A stretch of DNA of 64,000 nt from Paragordius varius (lineage: Eukaryota; Animalia; Nematomorpha), in NCBI GenBank assembly GCA_964247055.1, contig OZ176055.1, positions 4,650,001 to 4,714,000 of the forward strand, read 5' to 3'. Positions 34,901 to 48,013 of the stretch are shown here, piece after piece. The notes under the pieces are model-generated. The model saw nothing but the letters and a program-made list of their open reading frames with translations. It searched no databases and was not told where the DNA came from. Within the stretch, counting starts at the first letter, position 1. Every line of letters starts with the position of its first letter. The position numbers were made by a program, and so were the translations under genes.

Positions 34901-37900
34901 AATTTATTAGACGTTCATCATATTTTTTCAGTGTCCAGCTTTCCCCCCCATACATGAATGTGGGGAAAACTGTAGCTTTGATTAATCTGATTTTGGTTTG
35001 TAGTTTAATGTCATGTGACATCCAAATCCTGTTATATTTAAAAGTTACTGCTTTAGCAATAGCAATTCTTCGCTTTATTTCAGGCGTAGAGTTGTTCTCA
35101 TTATTAATAATGCTACCTAAGTACGTGTAGCTGCTAACTGTTTCGATCTGGTTGCCGTTGAGGATTATTGGATTGGTTTGAGCCGGATTTATTTGCATGA
35201 CTTTTGTTTTTTTGAAATTGATATTTAATCCAAATTTATTGCATTCAGTTGTAAACACTTGCAAAGCTTGCGATAATGTGTCTAGACTGTCTGCGAATAA
35301 GACTGTATCATCCGCGTAGTGAACGGATGTAAGTAGGTTCCCACCTACGTTGATGCCGTAAGTTTGTGGGATATTTCTTATAATGCACTCCAGGTATGCG
35401 TTAAAAAGAATTGGTGATAAAACGCATCCTTGACGGAGGCCGACTTGTACCCTACATGGGTCAGATATACCGTATGGTGTGGATACTATAGCCGTGGAAT
35501 TTGAATAAATTGAAAATATGATTTTGATTAAATGTGTTGATACTCCGAGTTGTTTTAGAGCTTTCCGTAGTTTATTGTGCTGGGAATCAAATGCTTTGGA
35601 AAAATCGACAAAGCACATATGCAATTCTTTGTTAAATTCGATGTGTTTCTCGATTATCCACCTCATGTTACATATCATATCTCGGCATCCTCTACCTTTT
35701 CGAAAACCAGCCTGAATCGTGGATATTTCCGGGTCAAGAATGGAATTTAGACGAAATTGTATTATTTTTAGAAAAACTTTGGACACCTGGTTTATGAGCG
35801 CTATGGTGCGATAGTTGTCACACAGTTCTGGGTTACCCTTTTTTAAAATCGGAATCATAATGGATGTACACCAATCCTCAGGAATTTTTTCCATCTTAAA
35901 TATGATTTGAAAAAGTTTGGTGAGTATATCGATTGGAATGTATTTTATTATTTTAGTAGGGATGTCTTTGTGGCCCTCTGATTTACCGGTGCTAGAGTGT
36001 TTTATGGCGAGTTCCACTTCTTCTTTCATAATAGGTGGTTCTTTTTGTTTAGTAAGTTCGTTAATAGTTGGGGGGTTATTTACATTGTATAGTTTGTTTA
36101 TATGTTTGTGCCATAGTTTGCGAATTTCGTCTTTTTCAGTGACGATTGAGTTGTTGTCGTTTCTCATAGGTCCCTTATAAAAAACTTTTTTGTGTGGAAT
36201 AATATTGTTTGCATGGGCAAAGAGGTTTTGGTTATTTTTGGCGTCTGTTTCTAATTTTTCACATAGTTGGTCATAATACTTATTTGTGTCCTCTCTTGCA
36301 CTCTTCTGAAATTCACTGTTTAGTTGTTTGTATTTATCCCATTTGCATTTGGTTTTTGAGTCTCTACACTTTTCTGCGATCTCTAGACTTTTGGCTGACA
36401 ATTTCATTTTATTTTTATTGCGTTTGAGAGGCCGAATGAATTCGTCGGCTGTGTCTCGGCAGATTGTATATATATCGTTCCAAAAGAAGTTTATATCCAG
36501 ATAGTTTTCGGAATTATGATCAAGACAATCGAAACGATTTGATAAAGCGGTGCTAAACTTGTCGTCGATTGTATCATAATCTAATCTTGTTCTTGTGGGT
36601 TTGGATGTTTTAGGAAGTTGTAATTTAATTCGGAGTTTGGCGATCAATAGGTTGTGGTCGCTGTAGCAATCCGATCCTGGTAGGCATTTGACATTTTGAA
36701 ATGAACTTTTGTATTTTACCATACCTAATATGAAGTCAATCTGGTTACGGTATCTTTGACACGGGGAACGCCATGTGTATAGACGTCGTTTGGGCTGTTT
36801 AAAAAAGCTGTTTGCGACGAAGAAACGATGGTTAGCACAAAATTCAATCAATCTGTCTCCTCTCTCGTTTTTTAAGCCCAAGCCCATGCCGCCCGTCATA
36901 GGAGGTGTTTTGTCTGTTCCGATGATTGAATTAAAATCGCCTAAGATAAATATATCCTTTTTTGAAATTTGGGAAATCGCCAAGTCGAGATCGCTATAAA
37001 ATTTTTCACAGTCGTCATCGCTGTAAGAGGAGGTAGGTGCGTAAATTTGAAGGATAGTAATGGGTTGAGGGGTTGTATGCATGCACAAGTTAATTAAATT
37101 GTAATTTTATTATTGAGAGATTTTTATCAGCTAATTTTATAATACCCATATTTAAATAATTACTGTTGTAAGGACCGATACATCTTCCTTTTTTGTCTTT
37201 TAAGATTTCTTTAAGAGTTATAAGCCGTGGAAGCATTGTGTCTGTAAATCAGTTATTAAATTTATCCATCATTTAAAACATTGTTGCATCTGTTATTTGG
37301 ATTATAATTATTAGAAAACGGGTAATCTATTTAAGCAAATGTTCCTTTACAATTTAGACTACAACACATTTTGCAAATTTTGTGGCCGGTATGGACTATC
37401 AAACGAAAAAGAGCAAATTGGCAGAATTAGCGAAATCTCTTATGATTAAAACAACCATTATAGGCAATAGTACTTCGAACGAAGGTGGGAGTCTTTTGGA
37501 AAAAGCTGGTGGAAATATATCGATTGCAGATAATTATGAAGATATGCAGTTTCTCCCTGAATATCAACAACGAATCAAAGTATTTACATTTTTAGATTCA
37601 CATTTAATTTTGACAACTTTACGTATGAGATATATTTACAATTATATATTTATATTCATTAATAAACATTATTATACATCAACACGCCAATATTATGCAA
37701 ATTTATACCATATAAATAATATATATTTTTTGTGAATATTTACTAACTAATTAAATGGTTTGACACGCAATATTTATAGATTTTATATTTTTTAATTTTT
37801 ACTAAATTCACGCATGTAAATAACCAGACAAATAAAATTTACTTACACCGATTATCCCCATGTGAATTTTTTTATATTTACGTTTTATGCAGAGGGTAAA

Positions 37901-38880
37901 TTTATTATGGCTGATTAATAGGTTTCAGCATAATTTGATAAACATTACCAAATATTTAATAAATTTTATTGATGAATTTTCGTTAAATGCAACTGACTTT
38001 TTCAAATTTAACGAAAATAAAATATAAATCTTAATTTATATATATATATATATATTATATATATATATATATAGGTACTTAAAGAGTTAGATTATATAGA
38101 TGCCAATCTCGTGACTCTAATGAAGGGCCGAGTAGCTTGTGCCATAACAAACGCAGAAATCGTTTTAACTGAACTTCTTTTTTGGAATTACTTTGAAAAT
38201 TTGGAACCTGAAGTTATTGTTGCCATTCTTTCATCCATCATTTGTCAAGAGAAACATCTCGTTACAGAATCCAAAACTCCCGAATTGTTTGTGGTAATAA
38301 GATTGATATTTTTGAATTTTTACTTTATTCATTTATTACAATATATTGTAATAAAATATTTTTAGCATAAAGAAAATTTCTTGAAAATCGTTAGCAACAT
38401 TGCTTTAGTCGAATCCAAATGTGGCCTAAACTCGCAAAACTTTATGGATTCCTTCAATTTTGGGATGATGGAAGTTGTTTATCAATGGGCTAAAGGAAAG
38501 GTTATTGGGGATTTTAAAAAAATAATGTTTTTACCAAGGGTGTCCAACACAAATGTCTTTGTCGCGGGTGGCTTTTTTGACCAAAAAATCCAGTGGGCCG
38601 CATTTGCAAAATATATGGGCATTTACAAAAATTTTATTAATTTTATTGTTTACTATTTTCCTATCTTGGATCTTAGAGTTTTAAGGAGATCACGACTCTC
38701 ACAAATGCTCAAGAAGGTAGTATAGTTCGATGCATTCAAAGGCTCGAAGAAATTTGTCAAAATTTACGTAATGCTGCAAGACTGATTGGCGAAACAAATC
38801 TCTATCAGAAAATGGAAATCGCATCATTTAAGATTAAACGGGATATAGTTTTTGCTGCAAGTCTATACACTTTGGATTAA
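23886..38880 (+). CDS. SKIC2 (SKIV2L): SKI2-type DExH RNA helicase (Ski complex), multi-exon
   Basis: Ski2 N-terminal similarity ([15 protein letters not shown]), [32 protein letters not shown]|[78 protein letters not shown] (stop 38878-38880). ATG is 23886 or 23910. Exons between ~24570 and 25490 are unresolved. Confidence 0.95.
27845..28137. mobile_element. TIR element with 21-bp subterminal tandem repeats (family copy 1, SKI2 intron)
   Basis: Ends tataccatttaca ... tgtaaatggtata. Inverted arrays of gaacaattcaaattcaccctt-like units. Central ~200 bp nearly identical to 54186-54556. Confidence 0.8.
29752..30005 (-). mobile_element. Decayed 3' fragment of a non-LTR retrotransposon (RTE/RTE-X-like)
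   Basis: Minus strand reads NKF*WY...[13 protein letters not shown], resembling the RLRWFGH...RGRPxxTW C-terminal motif. It ends in an (ATCT)n tail at 29752-29770 and has in-frame stops. Confidence 0.55.
34529..37088 (-). mobile_element. 5'-truncated RTE-clade LINE (partial AP endonuclease + reverse transcriptase, 845-aa open frame) antisense in a SKI2 intron
   Basis: QIYAPT, ILGDFNS, YTWRSP, NQIDFIL, SDHNLL (APE); [37 protein letters not shown] (RT); [13 protein letters not shown]-terminus. A (CAA)n tail starts just after the stop. The ORF begins mid-endonuclease. Confidence 0.95.
38038..38072. repeat. (TA)n microsatellite abutting a SKI2 splice acceptor
   Basis: Interrupted TA run ending in the AG at 38073-38074. 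Confidence 0.9.
38535..38605. mobile_element. hAT MITE remnant (one end only) in the last SKI2 intron
   Basis: caagggtgtccaac resembles the family TIR caggggtgtccaac, followed by gggccgcattt. No partner TIR found. Confidence 0.5.
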
Positions 38881-41364
38881 TGCAATAAACATTTGTCAAT
38901 AAAAACAATGCAATATGTGTTTCACTAATTATATCGGAATCGGATGTAGTAGCAATAAAGCATAATTTTTATCGCTAATATGGTTTATTACAGCGGAATT
39001 TTCACCTAACATAGATAGTAAAATTTGTATAATTTTTCATTTTTATCTTAACAATTTTCTCAACAATTTGATTAGATACAAATAGTTTTTTTCTCATTTA
39101 ATTGTTTATATAAAATTTATAACACTCAACAAATAAAATGCCTATTTTTTAAAAAATATGCTTCATACACCTGTTAGCTCTTATTTCACGTATTGGAAAT
39201 ATACATGTCTCATACCTCGACTTCTAGCTATTTCTTTGCGTATCCTTAAATGGACACTTCTTGTGCCTTTATTTGAATCCAGAGCTTATGGTTTTAATAC
39301 AGTCAGTTTCGGTTTTTTCATATTATTTGGATTTAAAACTCGTTTCTTAAGATAATACTCACTTCTAAAAATAAATATGTTTAAAATTGTGCCATTTATT
39401 TTAATTAGACACAAAAGGTCAAAAAATTATATATCTTAGATTTAATTTGTTGAAGCAAAACCTTTTACAAATTAAGTAGACCGAATTTCAATTTAAAGTT
39501 GTATGTATACTCGTGCATGTTGAGATGTTACGCCGCCCCCTTTATCAACAAACGTTGAAAATACATTTATATAATTACTATTCGTTCAGAGTAGTGTCTG
39601 ATTTTCAATTCTTTTTAAATTCACGGCACGACAAATACGACAAGAGCAAAAAATATATATCATTTTAGTTGGTCCAAAATTAACCAAAAAATATGTATTT
39701 GAAATTTTAATGTAATAATAAACCTATATAATAATATATATTGTCAGCTTTTTACTAAATTGGATTTTTGATTCATATATTTCTTTAAATGTGTGTGTTG
39801 CTCACAAATTTTGATTTATTAGATATTAATGCGACTTAAGCGTAGCTGTGTGCGATAAAATAACCTTAATAACTTTTTTATTATATTTATGTATCAATCA
39901 AAAAGAATTTTAATGAATTTTTAGCTACATAAAAATTTGGATTTGAAAGCTATTTTAATAATTATTACGAAGTTTTGATTTTATAAAAGTATAAATTTAT
40001 GTTTTCATTATGCCGACTATTTTTATTCCATACTTTTACCATTTTTTATACAATAATTGATAAAGGACAAAGTAATGAAAACTGATTTTTTCAGGGAGAG
40101 ATAACTATCTCATTTGCGTGCATGTCCTGATTCTGATTTATGTTTCATGTTGTTTTTGATAAAATATTATTTACTTTAATGTATTGTGGAATTGAAAGAA
40201 AAAACTAAATGGGAAAAAGCTGAACATAACCTTTAGAAAAAATGGAAATATTTTAAAAGTAATCAATTCATTCTTTTAAAATAATTGTGTTTGTTTATAG
40301 CTAAAAATATAATTTATTTTATGACTGTTGTAATTATAAAGAAATAATTAACATTTTATTCTTAATATTTGTGTCATAAATCACTTTCATTTTAATGCTT
40401 ATGATAAATCAAAAATATTTACATGTTTAGTCGAGCATGTTATAAGCTTTAATGAATGAGACATTGGACAAATAATATTTAATAATTATAAAATATAATT
40501 GTGCAATTTTGTTATTGATAAACGAAAGCTCTCAAACGCTACATAGCGTAATGTTTTAACCAACCGCCTTTTCACAAAACCAAATTTACCAAAATGTGGT
40601 CAATAAAAAAAGAATAAATGTTCAAAACATTATTTATATGTAACTAAATCCACAAATTCGCAATCTTAAGAGGAAATAATTATCGTAATTTTTCAAATAA
40701 ATTATTAATTAGTAAGCTTAATTTTTTCACGTTTAACCAATTAAATGTACTTAATAAAAATCCCATTTCCCCGAAATAAATACGAAAATTAAATAATAAC
40801 GCCTTTATGCAATATTTTCTATAACTGAAACAATTAGTCTTACAACTGAGATCAATATTGTTATGGGTGAAAACTAATAATAGATGGCTGCAAATGACTT
40901 TTAATCTCGAATTGGTTTTTCTAAGAAAAAATAAGGTAACAAACGGTTAAAAGAAACTAAAACCCTATAAACCGATACAAACAGCTGTGGTTTAAGAATT
41001 AAGAATACAAAACTGTTGATTGTTTGATTCTAATACACTTATATAGGCAGGAAATAGTAGGATAACCACCCACTTAAATTAATTAGTTCATATGCGGGGA
41101 TAAAGGAATCCCGGTAAATTTGAAATTGGTCTAATCGATTAAATATTTAAAATCTATTTATTGCATGACTTTAAGTTTAATTAAAAACTAAAGATTAGAT
41201 ATATTCTGGGAACAATTAACTTTGTCACTAAAAAATTGCAAGCGAACATTAGTGTCATCACCAAATAGAATAGTCAGGAAAATAGGTATAATTGGAGATT
41301 TAACAATATTAAATAAAATCAGATATTTATTTCAATAGGTACATCAAAATTGATATTTTTAATG

Positions 41365-41427
41365 CAGGGCCATAAAATACATTTTGAGGGCTGTATGCGG
41401 TTCGTAGCCTCGGTTTGAGTACCAGTG
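41365..41427. mobile_element. hAT MITE remnant (3' end)
   Basis: agggccataaa...atgcgg...cggtttgagtaccagtg matches the right half of 55961-56154. Confidence 0.55.
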
Positions 41428-43360
41428 CGTTAGAATGTTATGAATTAATATCAAAACTTTAAAGGGTGATTACAAATAATCAGGAGTCATAAAGGAAAAT
41501 GAGCGCTCATAAATAATTAATAGCATGCTTTATTTCAATTATTATATTCGGCCATTTAAACAAAGATAAAAATTTATTTTGGCTTTTCATAAAATTACTA
41601 AGGTTGCCCGTATTTTTTCAAAAAATGGATTATCTAATAGATTTTTTAATCTTGTTATTAAAAAATAATAATAATAGATCAAAATTGAATGAAATCAAGT
41701 TACAATTTATTGAGATCTAAGATGATTAATTTAAATTAAATACATCTTCTTATATTGAAGCAAACGGGACTTTATAATTATTTAAGTCATAATTGCTTTT
41801 CAATGTTAAACTTATAAAAATGGTTGGAAATTTTTTTCTCATATAAAATCTAAACAATTATCCTATTTTAATTACACTAGACAACAAATTTTAACTTTTT
41901 TTAACAGCCATTCTTGTAAATTTAAAATTTATTTCATTAAAGTACATAATTAGTATATCTGAAAAGAAAATTGGTCCTACATGAAAGAATTTTTTTATAT
42001 TAGAGTTTATCGATAATTTTTGACCCCGATTTAACATTAAACTCGAAATTTCATAAATTTAAAGTTTTAGATATGAAGCCATGTATTTTATATCATTCGA
42101 AAGAGCGCAAAAAACTGCATCTTTTAAATGGTAGTAAGTCAATTAAATCCATCGGATGTAAAAGTTATTTGGATTTAAATGGTCAAAATTTTCAACCCTT
42201 AAATAAGTCAGGAATTTTCACAGACAAACTAATTTTTAAATCATTTAAATTATTTTAATATTATTATTAGGGTTATATTAGTATTTAATTTAAAAAAAAT
42301 GTTTGGAAAAGCTTTTGGTTTGCTTTTTAAATAAAAATTATAATTATCATAAATATTTTACCTAGTGGATACTAAAATGCATAGTTATAACTGTAAATTT
42401 ATTACATAATGGCTATAAAAGATCAAAAATACCTTAAACTTTGTTTTTATTTTTAAATTTTCGAAATTATCAGCCTTGTATATAAAATAAATTAATATTG
42501 ATGAGATGGTAATTTTTAAAAAACAAAAAACTTAAAAATGGCTGTTTTGAGTGACATAAAAGCAATAAAAAATGTTTTAATCAAAAAAAACTTTCTTGTG
42601 TTATCTTTTTTGGACATTCATCTCCATCTAAACAAAGTTTGAGCTATTTTCATCTATTAGTTTTAAAAATATTATAATTAAAAAAAATGCTCCCGCTTCG
42701 CGCGTTTGTCGCTCTTTGTGTCCAATATTAACTGTCGATGTAATACATATTAGTATACATTTTATAGAGTTTTTAATACTCTTTCGAATGATATATTACA
42801 AATGGGCATTACTTGTATACTTTCAAAGAAAAACATTTTTTAGTAAAATTTTGATAAAGAGGGCGCATAATCTAAAAAATCAAATTATACAAAATTCTTC
42901 CAATGAGTTATAATTTTTATTTCAGATTTACTGTTAAAATGATATTAAATATCAAAAAATGCAAAAAACTCGAGTGGAGAAAAAATTTGTTGTCTAGTGT
43001 TATTTAACATAAAATAAGCGCTTCAAATGTCAAAATTTTTCGGGATAGATAAAGTTCATTTATTTCTGTGGATACAAAGCAAACCTAAAAAGGACGCAGC
43101 AATTAGTCACGTTACAATTTAATACACTAGAGATAAAGGATTATAATATTTTACTATTAAAAGGAGAAACCACGGGAAAAAAATGATGAACGAACGGTAT
43201 GGAATGACAATTTGACGTTTTTTGACGCTTTAAAAATTGAAAGTGTGAATATCATTTTTGTTTCATACAAAAAATAATAACAGATATAATTTATTAAAGC
43301 CTTTTATTAAAATAAAATAATCCAAAAATAATTGTTTTTAATATATATGTATATAATGGT

Positions 43361-46300
43361 TTAACTGTAGTTACGACAATTCAATAGTTTTATAAAGGCT
43401 TGTTTGAAATGTACATTGGCAAGGGCATACATAAATGGATTCAAGGGACTGTTAAGATAGCATAACCAATATGTAAAAGCGTAAAAATGTGGATTTATAT
43501 AACAGGAATCACAAAAACCCCAAATTGTTTCCAAGATGTGGTAGGGTGTCCAACATAATACAAATGCTCCCATTATACATGTAATTGTCCGCAATGCCTT
43601 CTTTGCTTTAGTGTTCTTTTTACGCTTTTTCGCAGCACTAATTAGCGCCTTGGTTTTTGCAGCCGTGTACATGTTGGATTTCAATCCACCTCCCGGCCAA
43701 ATAGAACTAATGGCACTACTCCCCAATTTAAGGCTCCCCAATTTAGAAGAGGATGACGAGGTAGATGTTGAATGTTTTATGGTTGATCCTTTCTGTTGTG
43801 ATTTTGAAGGATCTGGCACATCAGATGATTTTTCTTTAGCGTTTAAGGAATCATTGTTTTCCGTATTACAAAAGTTTGTTTTTTCGTTAGTACTTTCACT
43901 TAATTGATCATTCAGCAAATCGGTTTCGTTTATTGATTCGCTCTTTCCCTCATCTTGTGCATCTGCAATCTCATCGGCTAAATCTTCGTCATAACTTATT
44001 TCCTGGTAGTTATGCTTTATTTTTTTATTACTTATTTTAATTTTTACGGAACGTGTTGGTTTAAAATTCTTTGAAAGCGATTTCACGTCCGGTAATGCTG
44101 GTAGTAATTTTTTACTAGAAGTCCTGATCCAAGTTGATTTGTCAGTTATTAAATTGTCTTTTGTTTTTTCCTTTTCAGTCATATATTCATTATTCTCTGA
44201 CGATATAGGTTTATCTTCACTTTGATTTGAATATTGAGTAACAACTTCTTTTGGATGATCTCCCCGTTTACTATTTTGATCGTGAATATTATTTGTCAAG
44301 GTCGTATTTTTATCAAGTAAAGTATCATTGGGTACTATTAATAAAGATTGGCAGTTAGATGCATTTTTCAAAATTTCTCGATTTAAATGATATCCCGTAG
44401 TGGCTTTTGGTTGAGTATTAAAATCAAATGAGTTTCTTATATTTGGGTTAAATGCATTATTACTTAAATTATTTTTTTGTAAATCTATCAATTCATCTCT
44501 ATCAATTTCTTCATGCATTTGGTCGTTGCCGTATGGGGGCTCGTATGCATAGGGGAAATAGGAAAACGGTTTGAACTCAATATTTAATGGGTTTAAACCG
44601 CACGAATGTGCTATAGATCTTTCATTCCTTAAAGTATTAGCTTCAGTATGTTTTTTATCTTGAAGTACATTATTTAACATATCATCATCATATGGATATG
44701 GAAAATCCATACCAAAAGAAGATGTTTTAGGTATTCTGTAATTCTTTTTATTGGTTTCATGCAAAAGCTTATGTGAAAATTTGCGCAACAAATGTGGATT
44801 TGGAAGGGCTCGGCGCTTTTTTTCCCTCGGTATAAGAGGTTGGCCAACTTGGTTAATTATTTTACGATCGGTAGATGAATTCTTTATCCCGCTATTAGGA
44901 ATTTGGGAAATAGAACTTGTTTGCGGATTAGATATTTGTAAATTCCTTTCGTGTGTGATTTTATCACCAAAAAATGAGTTTGTATTTGTCAGCCTTTGTG
45001 TACTAATAAAACTTTTGTGGCCAGGAGTTTCTAAGTTTTTAAATATATTTTTATCATTTTCTTTGTTAATTTCTACCTCATTGGCTATATTTAATGGTGA
45101 ATCCGTCATAATATTACTTGTTTTACCTTCTACCACTTTATTTTGTGACGTACAATCTATAAATTCGTTCATTGATTCATGATTTTTTTGATTATCATTG
45201 AGATCCCTAGGATCTTCCCGTGATGGTGTCTCTAATTTTGTTTTACCAAATTTATTGTTTGACTTTTTAGAGTTAATTATGGGTGCAAGTGATTTAAACC
45301 TTATATGTTTTGCATGAACTGATTTTAAACCAGTTAAATTAGGCAAATTATTGTCCCTGGTTTTACCATTCTTATTTATACCGATGGAACTTTGTGCCAC
45401 ATTTTTGAGAACAGAAGTTAGTTTGTTGGATGAAGTTGGTTTATTAAGAGGATGTGATTCGCTGATTGGCTCAAGGAAACTTCGATGAACCACTTTTTTG
45501 GGTAAACTTGGTTTGTGTCCTATTTCGGTATCATCGTCATCATTATCGAAATCATCTTTATGGTCGTCGGTATCTATATCTTCTGGCTTCCCGAGTAACC
45601 TTGTAAGTTTTTCAGTTTGTTTTTCATAACGTCGCTCTTCATCAGAACTTCGCTTTTTGTCAGTGGCGCCACTCATTCCATGAATAGGGAAAGCTGTCTT
45701 TGCTGTTGTAAATATAATTTGGTTTCCTTTTAGTAGAGTGCTTTTAAGTTTTCGATTGTCACTTTTTTTAGCCATAGTGTATGCCACACGATAGATCCCA
45801 TAGTACAATATTAATAATATAACAAGTGACACCCAAAAATATGCGAATATTAGAGCTGTGTTGAATATTTTATTGTTTCTGAATGGTACATAACATTCAT
45901 GTAAACCACGCGTTCGTTTTCCCGTTATAAGTGGCCAGCCTACGATGGAAGTGAAAAATATCCCAAAGGAAAGGATCCATACAAAACATATAAGAAATTT
46001 GAGTTTAGCTTTAGTTCTCCATATCCTATACTTAGCGGGAATCCGAACTGAACAAAATCGGTCGATAGTTATGAGTAGAACCGTATATTGCGAAACTAAA
46101 CAAGCTGTGTAATCGGTAGTTAGCCAGAGATCACAGAGTAATGGCCCCAGGGGCCAAAAATCTAAAAGTAGATAAAGCGTGTAAAATGGCATGGAAAAAA
46201 GTCCGATTAATAAATCAGAAGCAGCTAGTGACACGATGCAATAATTATTGGGCTGACGGATACTAGGCTCTCTTAGAAATGCCAAAATTACCATAATGTT

Positions 46301-46567
46301 CCCGATAACTGTTACCAAGCATAAAATTCCAACTAGGAGCCAGATTACGATTTCTTGCCACAATAGAAAAGGCTTGTGGCCTATGGTAGCATTAATGGTA
46401 GTGGGCAAACCAAGGGTCGTAGCACCCATCAATAGCGAGCTATTGAAAATTAATTTAGAATTATGTGAATTATTATTGTTCATTGATGAGGATAAAGGAT
46501 GTGTGAGATCCAGTGAAGTAAAATTTATAATATATTTTTTGGTTGATGCTAGCAAATTATTCGACAT
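43361..46567 (-). CDS. mAChR-B: Muscarinic acetylcholine receptor, B-type, intronless CDS, 1068 aa
   Basis: GN in TM1, SLAASDL in TM2, LCDLWLTTDYTACLVSQYTVLLITIDRFCSV (D3.32, DRF), CWTPYH in TM6, YWLCYLNSPLNPFMY in TM7. The third intracellular loop is roughly 720 aa. Which Met is the start is uncertain. Confidence 0.9.
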   Translation of the reverse strand: MSNNLLASTKKYIINFTSLDLTHPLSSSMNNNNSHNSKLIFNSSLLMGATTLGLPTTINATIGHKPFLLWQEIVIWLLVGILCLVTVIGNIMVILAFLREPSIRQPNNYCIVSLAASDLLIGLFSMPFYTLYLLLDFWPLGPLLCDLWLTTDYTACLVSQYTVLLITIDRFCSVRIPAKYRIWRTKAKLKFLICFVWILSFGIFFTSIVGWPLITGKRTRGLHECYVPFRNNKIFNTALIFAYFWVSLVILLILYYGIYRVAYTMAKKSDNRKLKSTLLKGNQIIFTTAKTAFPIHGMSGATDKKRSSDEERRYEKQTEKLTRLLGKPEDIDTDDHKDDFDNDDDDTEIGHKPSLPKKVVHRSFLEPISESHPLNKPTSSNKLTSVLKNVAQSSIGINKNGKTRDNNLPNLTGLKSVHAKHIRFKSLAPIINSKKSNNKFGKTKLETPSREDPRDLNDNQKNHESMNEFIDCTSQNKVVEGKTSNIMTDSPLNIANEVEINKENDKNIFKNLETPGHKSFISTQRLTNTNSFFGDKITHERNLQISNPQTSSISQIPNSGIKNSSTDRKIINQVGQPLIPREKKRRALPNPHLLRKFSHKLLHETNKKNYRIPKTSSFGMDFPYPYDDDMLNNVLQDKKHTEANTLRNERSIAHSCGLNPLNIEFKPFSYFPYAYEPPYGNDQMHEEIDRDELIDLQKNNLSNNAFNPNIRNSFDFNTQPKATTGYHLNREILKNASNCQSLLIVPNDTLLDKNTTLTNNIHDQNSKRGDHPKEVVTQYSNQSEDKPISSENNEYMTEKEKTKDNLITDKSTWIRTSSKKLLPALPDVKSLSKNFKPTRSVKIKISNKKIKHNYQEISYDEDLADEIADAQDEGKSESINETDLLNDQLSESTNEKTNFCNTENNDSLNAKEKSSDVPDPSKSQQKGSTIKHSTSTSSSSSKLGSLKLGSSAISSIWPGGGLKSNMYTAAKTKALISAAKKRKKNTKAKKALRTITCIMGAFVLCWTPYHILETIWGFCDSCYINPHFYAFTYWLCYLNSPLNPFMYALANVHFKQAFIKLLNCRNYS

Positions 46568-48013
46568 TCGATTATTTTTTGGACCTGTATAAATTCAGCT
46601 GGAATGACCTGAGATAGTATAGATGATTTTCATATGCCATGAATACATACAATATTAATATTTTAATGACAGTGGGATTTATAAGGACGAACATTATTTT
46701 CTTACCGTGTAACTGTTTAAGTATATAAAAATTGTGTATTATTATATTCGTTAAAGAATAGCAAAAGCATAAAAGCAATTACTTTAATTGGGTAGGTGTT
46801 ATAAATTATTATTTTCCAAAATTTAACCTGCTTCCATTTATAATCATACAAATGGCATATATTCCAAGTATAACAGCCTATATTTATGATAAAACATATA
46901 TTATTCTGTACATATTTAAGTTTCAAAAATAATATGAAGTTTAAATCAATAAAATTCTAACTGCAAGTCTGTTATAATATTCCATTTTGTGTCATTTTTC
47001 ACTACTGTCAAGATGGATATAGTTATATTTTTATTGTTAATTTTTGAAAGTATATTATATTAGTAATACTATATAAGTTTGTGAGGTTACCAGGCCAAAT
47101 GGTCAATATTATCGGTTTTTATTTCTAAATACTCATATTAATGTGAAAGAAACAAAGTTAAATATCCTCTACCTAGAAAATAAATAATGTTGGGGTCAGT
47201 ACGGAAAACAAATTAAAAAAGGAAAAATTTAAAATATAGATGGTTATAAAAAATATTTTATTTGTAAACCCTTACCTTTGTACAAATATTAATGCATAAA
47301 GAGTAAAATAATTAATAAAACCTTTAAACAATTACGATATTTAACATATTAGGATGGATTCATATCAAAATCCCTTTAAAAATAAAATATTTATAGATAT
47401 TAATATAATTACAAAATAAGTGTTTATACGAGGGAATCCAAATATTTTATTTCGAATATAATTTAACAGGGATTTTAAAAAATGCGTAATAAATAATTAT
47501 TTCACAAAGAGTATGATTTCAAAAATATGTTAAGTAGTAACGGATATGGATATATTTTGAGGGGACATTCAGGATATTGTAATTTTTTAAAATAGATAAA
47601 TATACGGCTTTCGCTCCGCGTCAAACACATGAAAATATGTTAAACAATCAATATGGACAAATCGCAAGAATTAGTAAATTCTGAATTAGGCTACCAAATA
47701 AATAGAGAAATCCTCTAGTAGGATTTTCGTTTTATAATTGATTATTATAATTTTTATATACCAATTATATTCTCGTTTTAATATACTTATTTAATAACTC
47801 CGCCTCAAATTTGAAAGCATGTTAGCGCATAAATTTAATCTTGGAATGGCATCCAGCGCAATTCAAACTAATATAGCACATTTCTTTTGGTTCTGTTAAA
47901 AAATGTTTTCTTAGCCCAATTTTAACATCTACTAAAATGTTGCAATAATAAACATTGTATATGGATTATAGACAGATACTCTTACTGGTCGTATTTCCAA
48001 ATATATATATATC

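Noticed and set aside
34579-36999. Plus-strand ORFs inside the LINE
   Set aside because: Antisense shadows of the reverse transcriptase ORF.
39150-39780. Coding-like patches on the minus strand (SEYYLKKRVLNP..., STFVDKGGGVTSQHAR) and plus ORF 39158-39355
   Set aside because: Splice phases could not be joined into a coherent gene, there is an internal stop, and no family was recognised. A translated search would settle it.
43611-46592. Plus-strand ORFs 43611-43907, 44751-45182 and 46296-46592
   Set aside because: Antisense to the muscarinic receptor CDS.
46600-47276. Possible 5' UTR intron of the muscarinic receptor (GTAAGG donor at 47275 on the minus strand)
   Set aside because: Splice-like motifs alone are too common in AT-rich DNA to support a call without transcript data.
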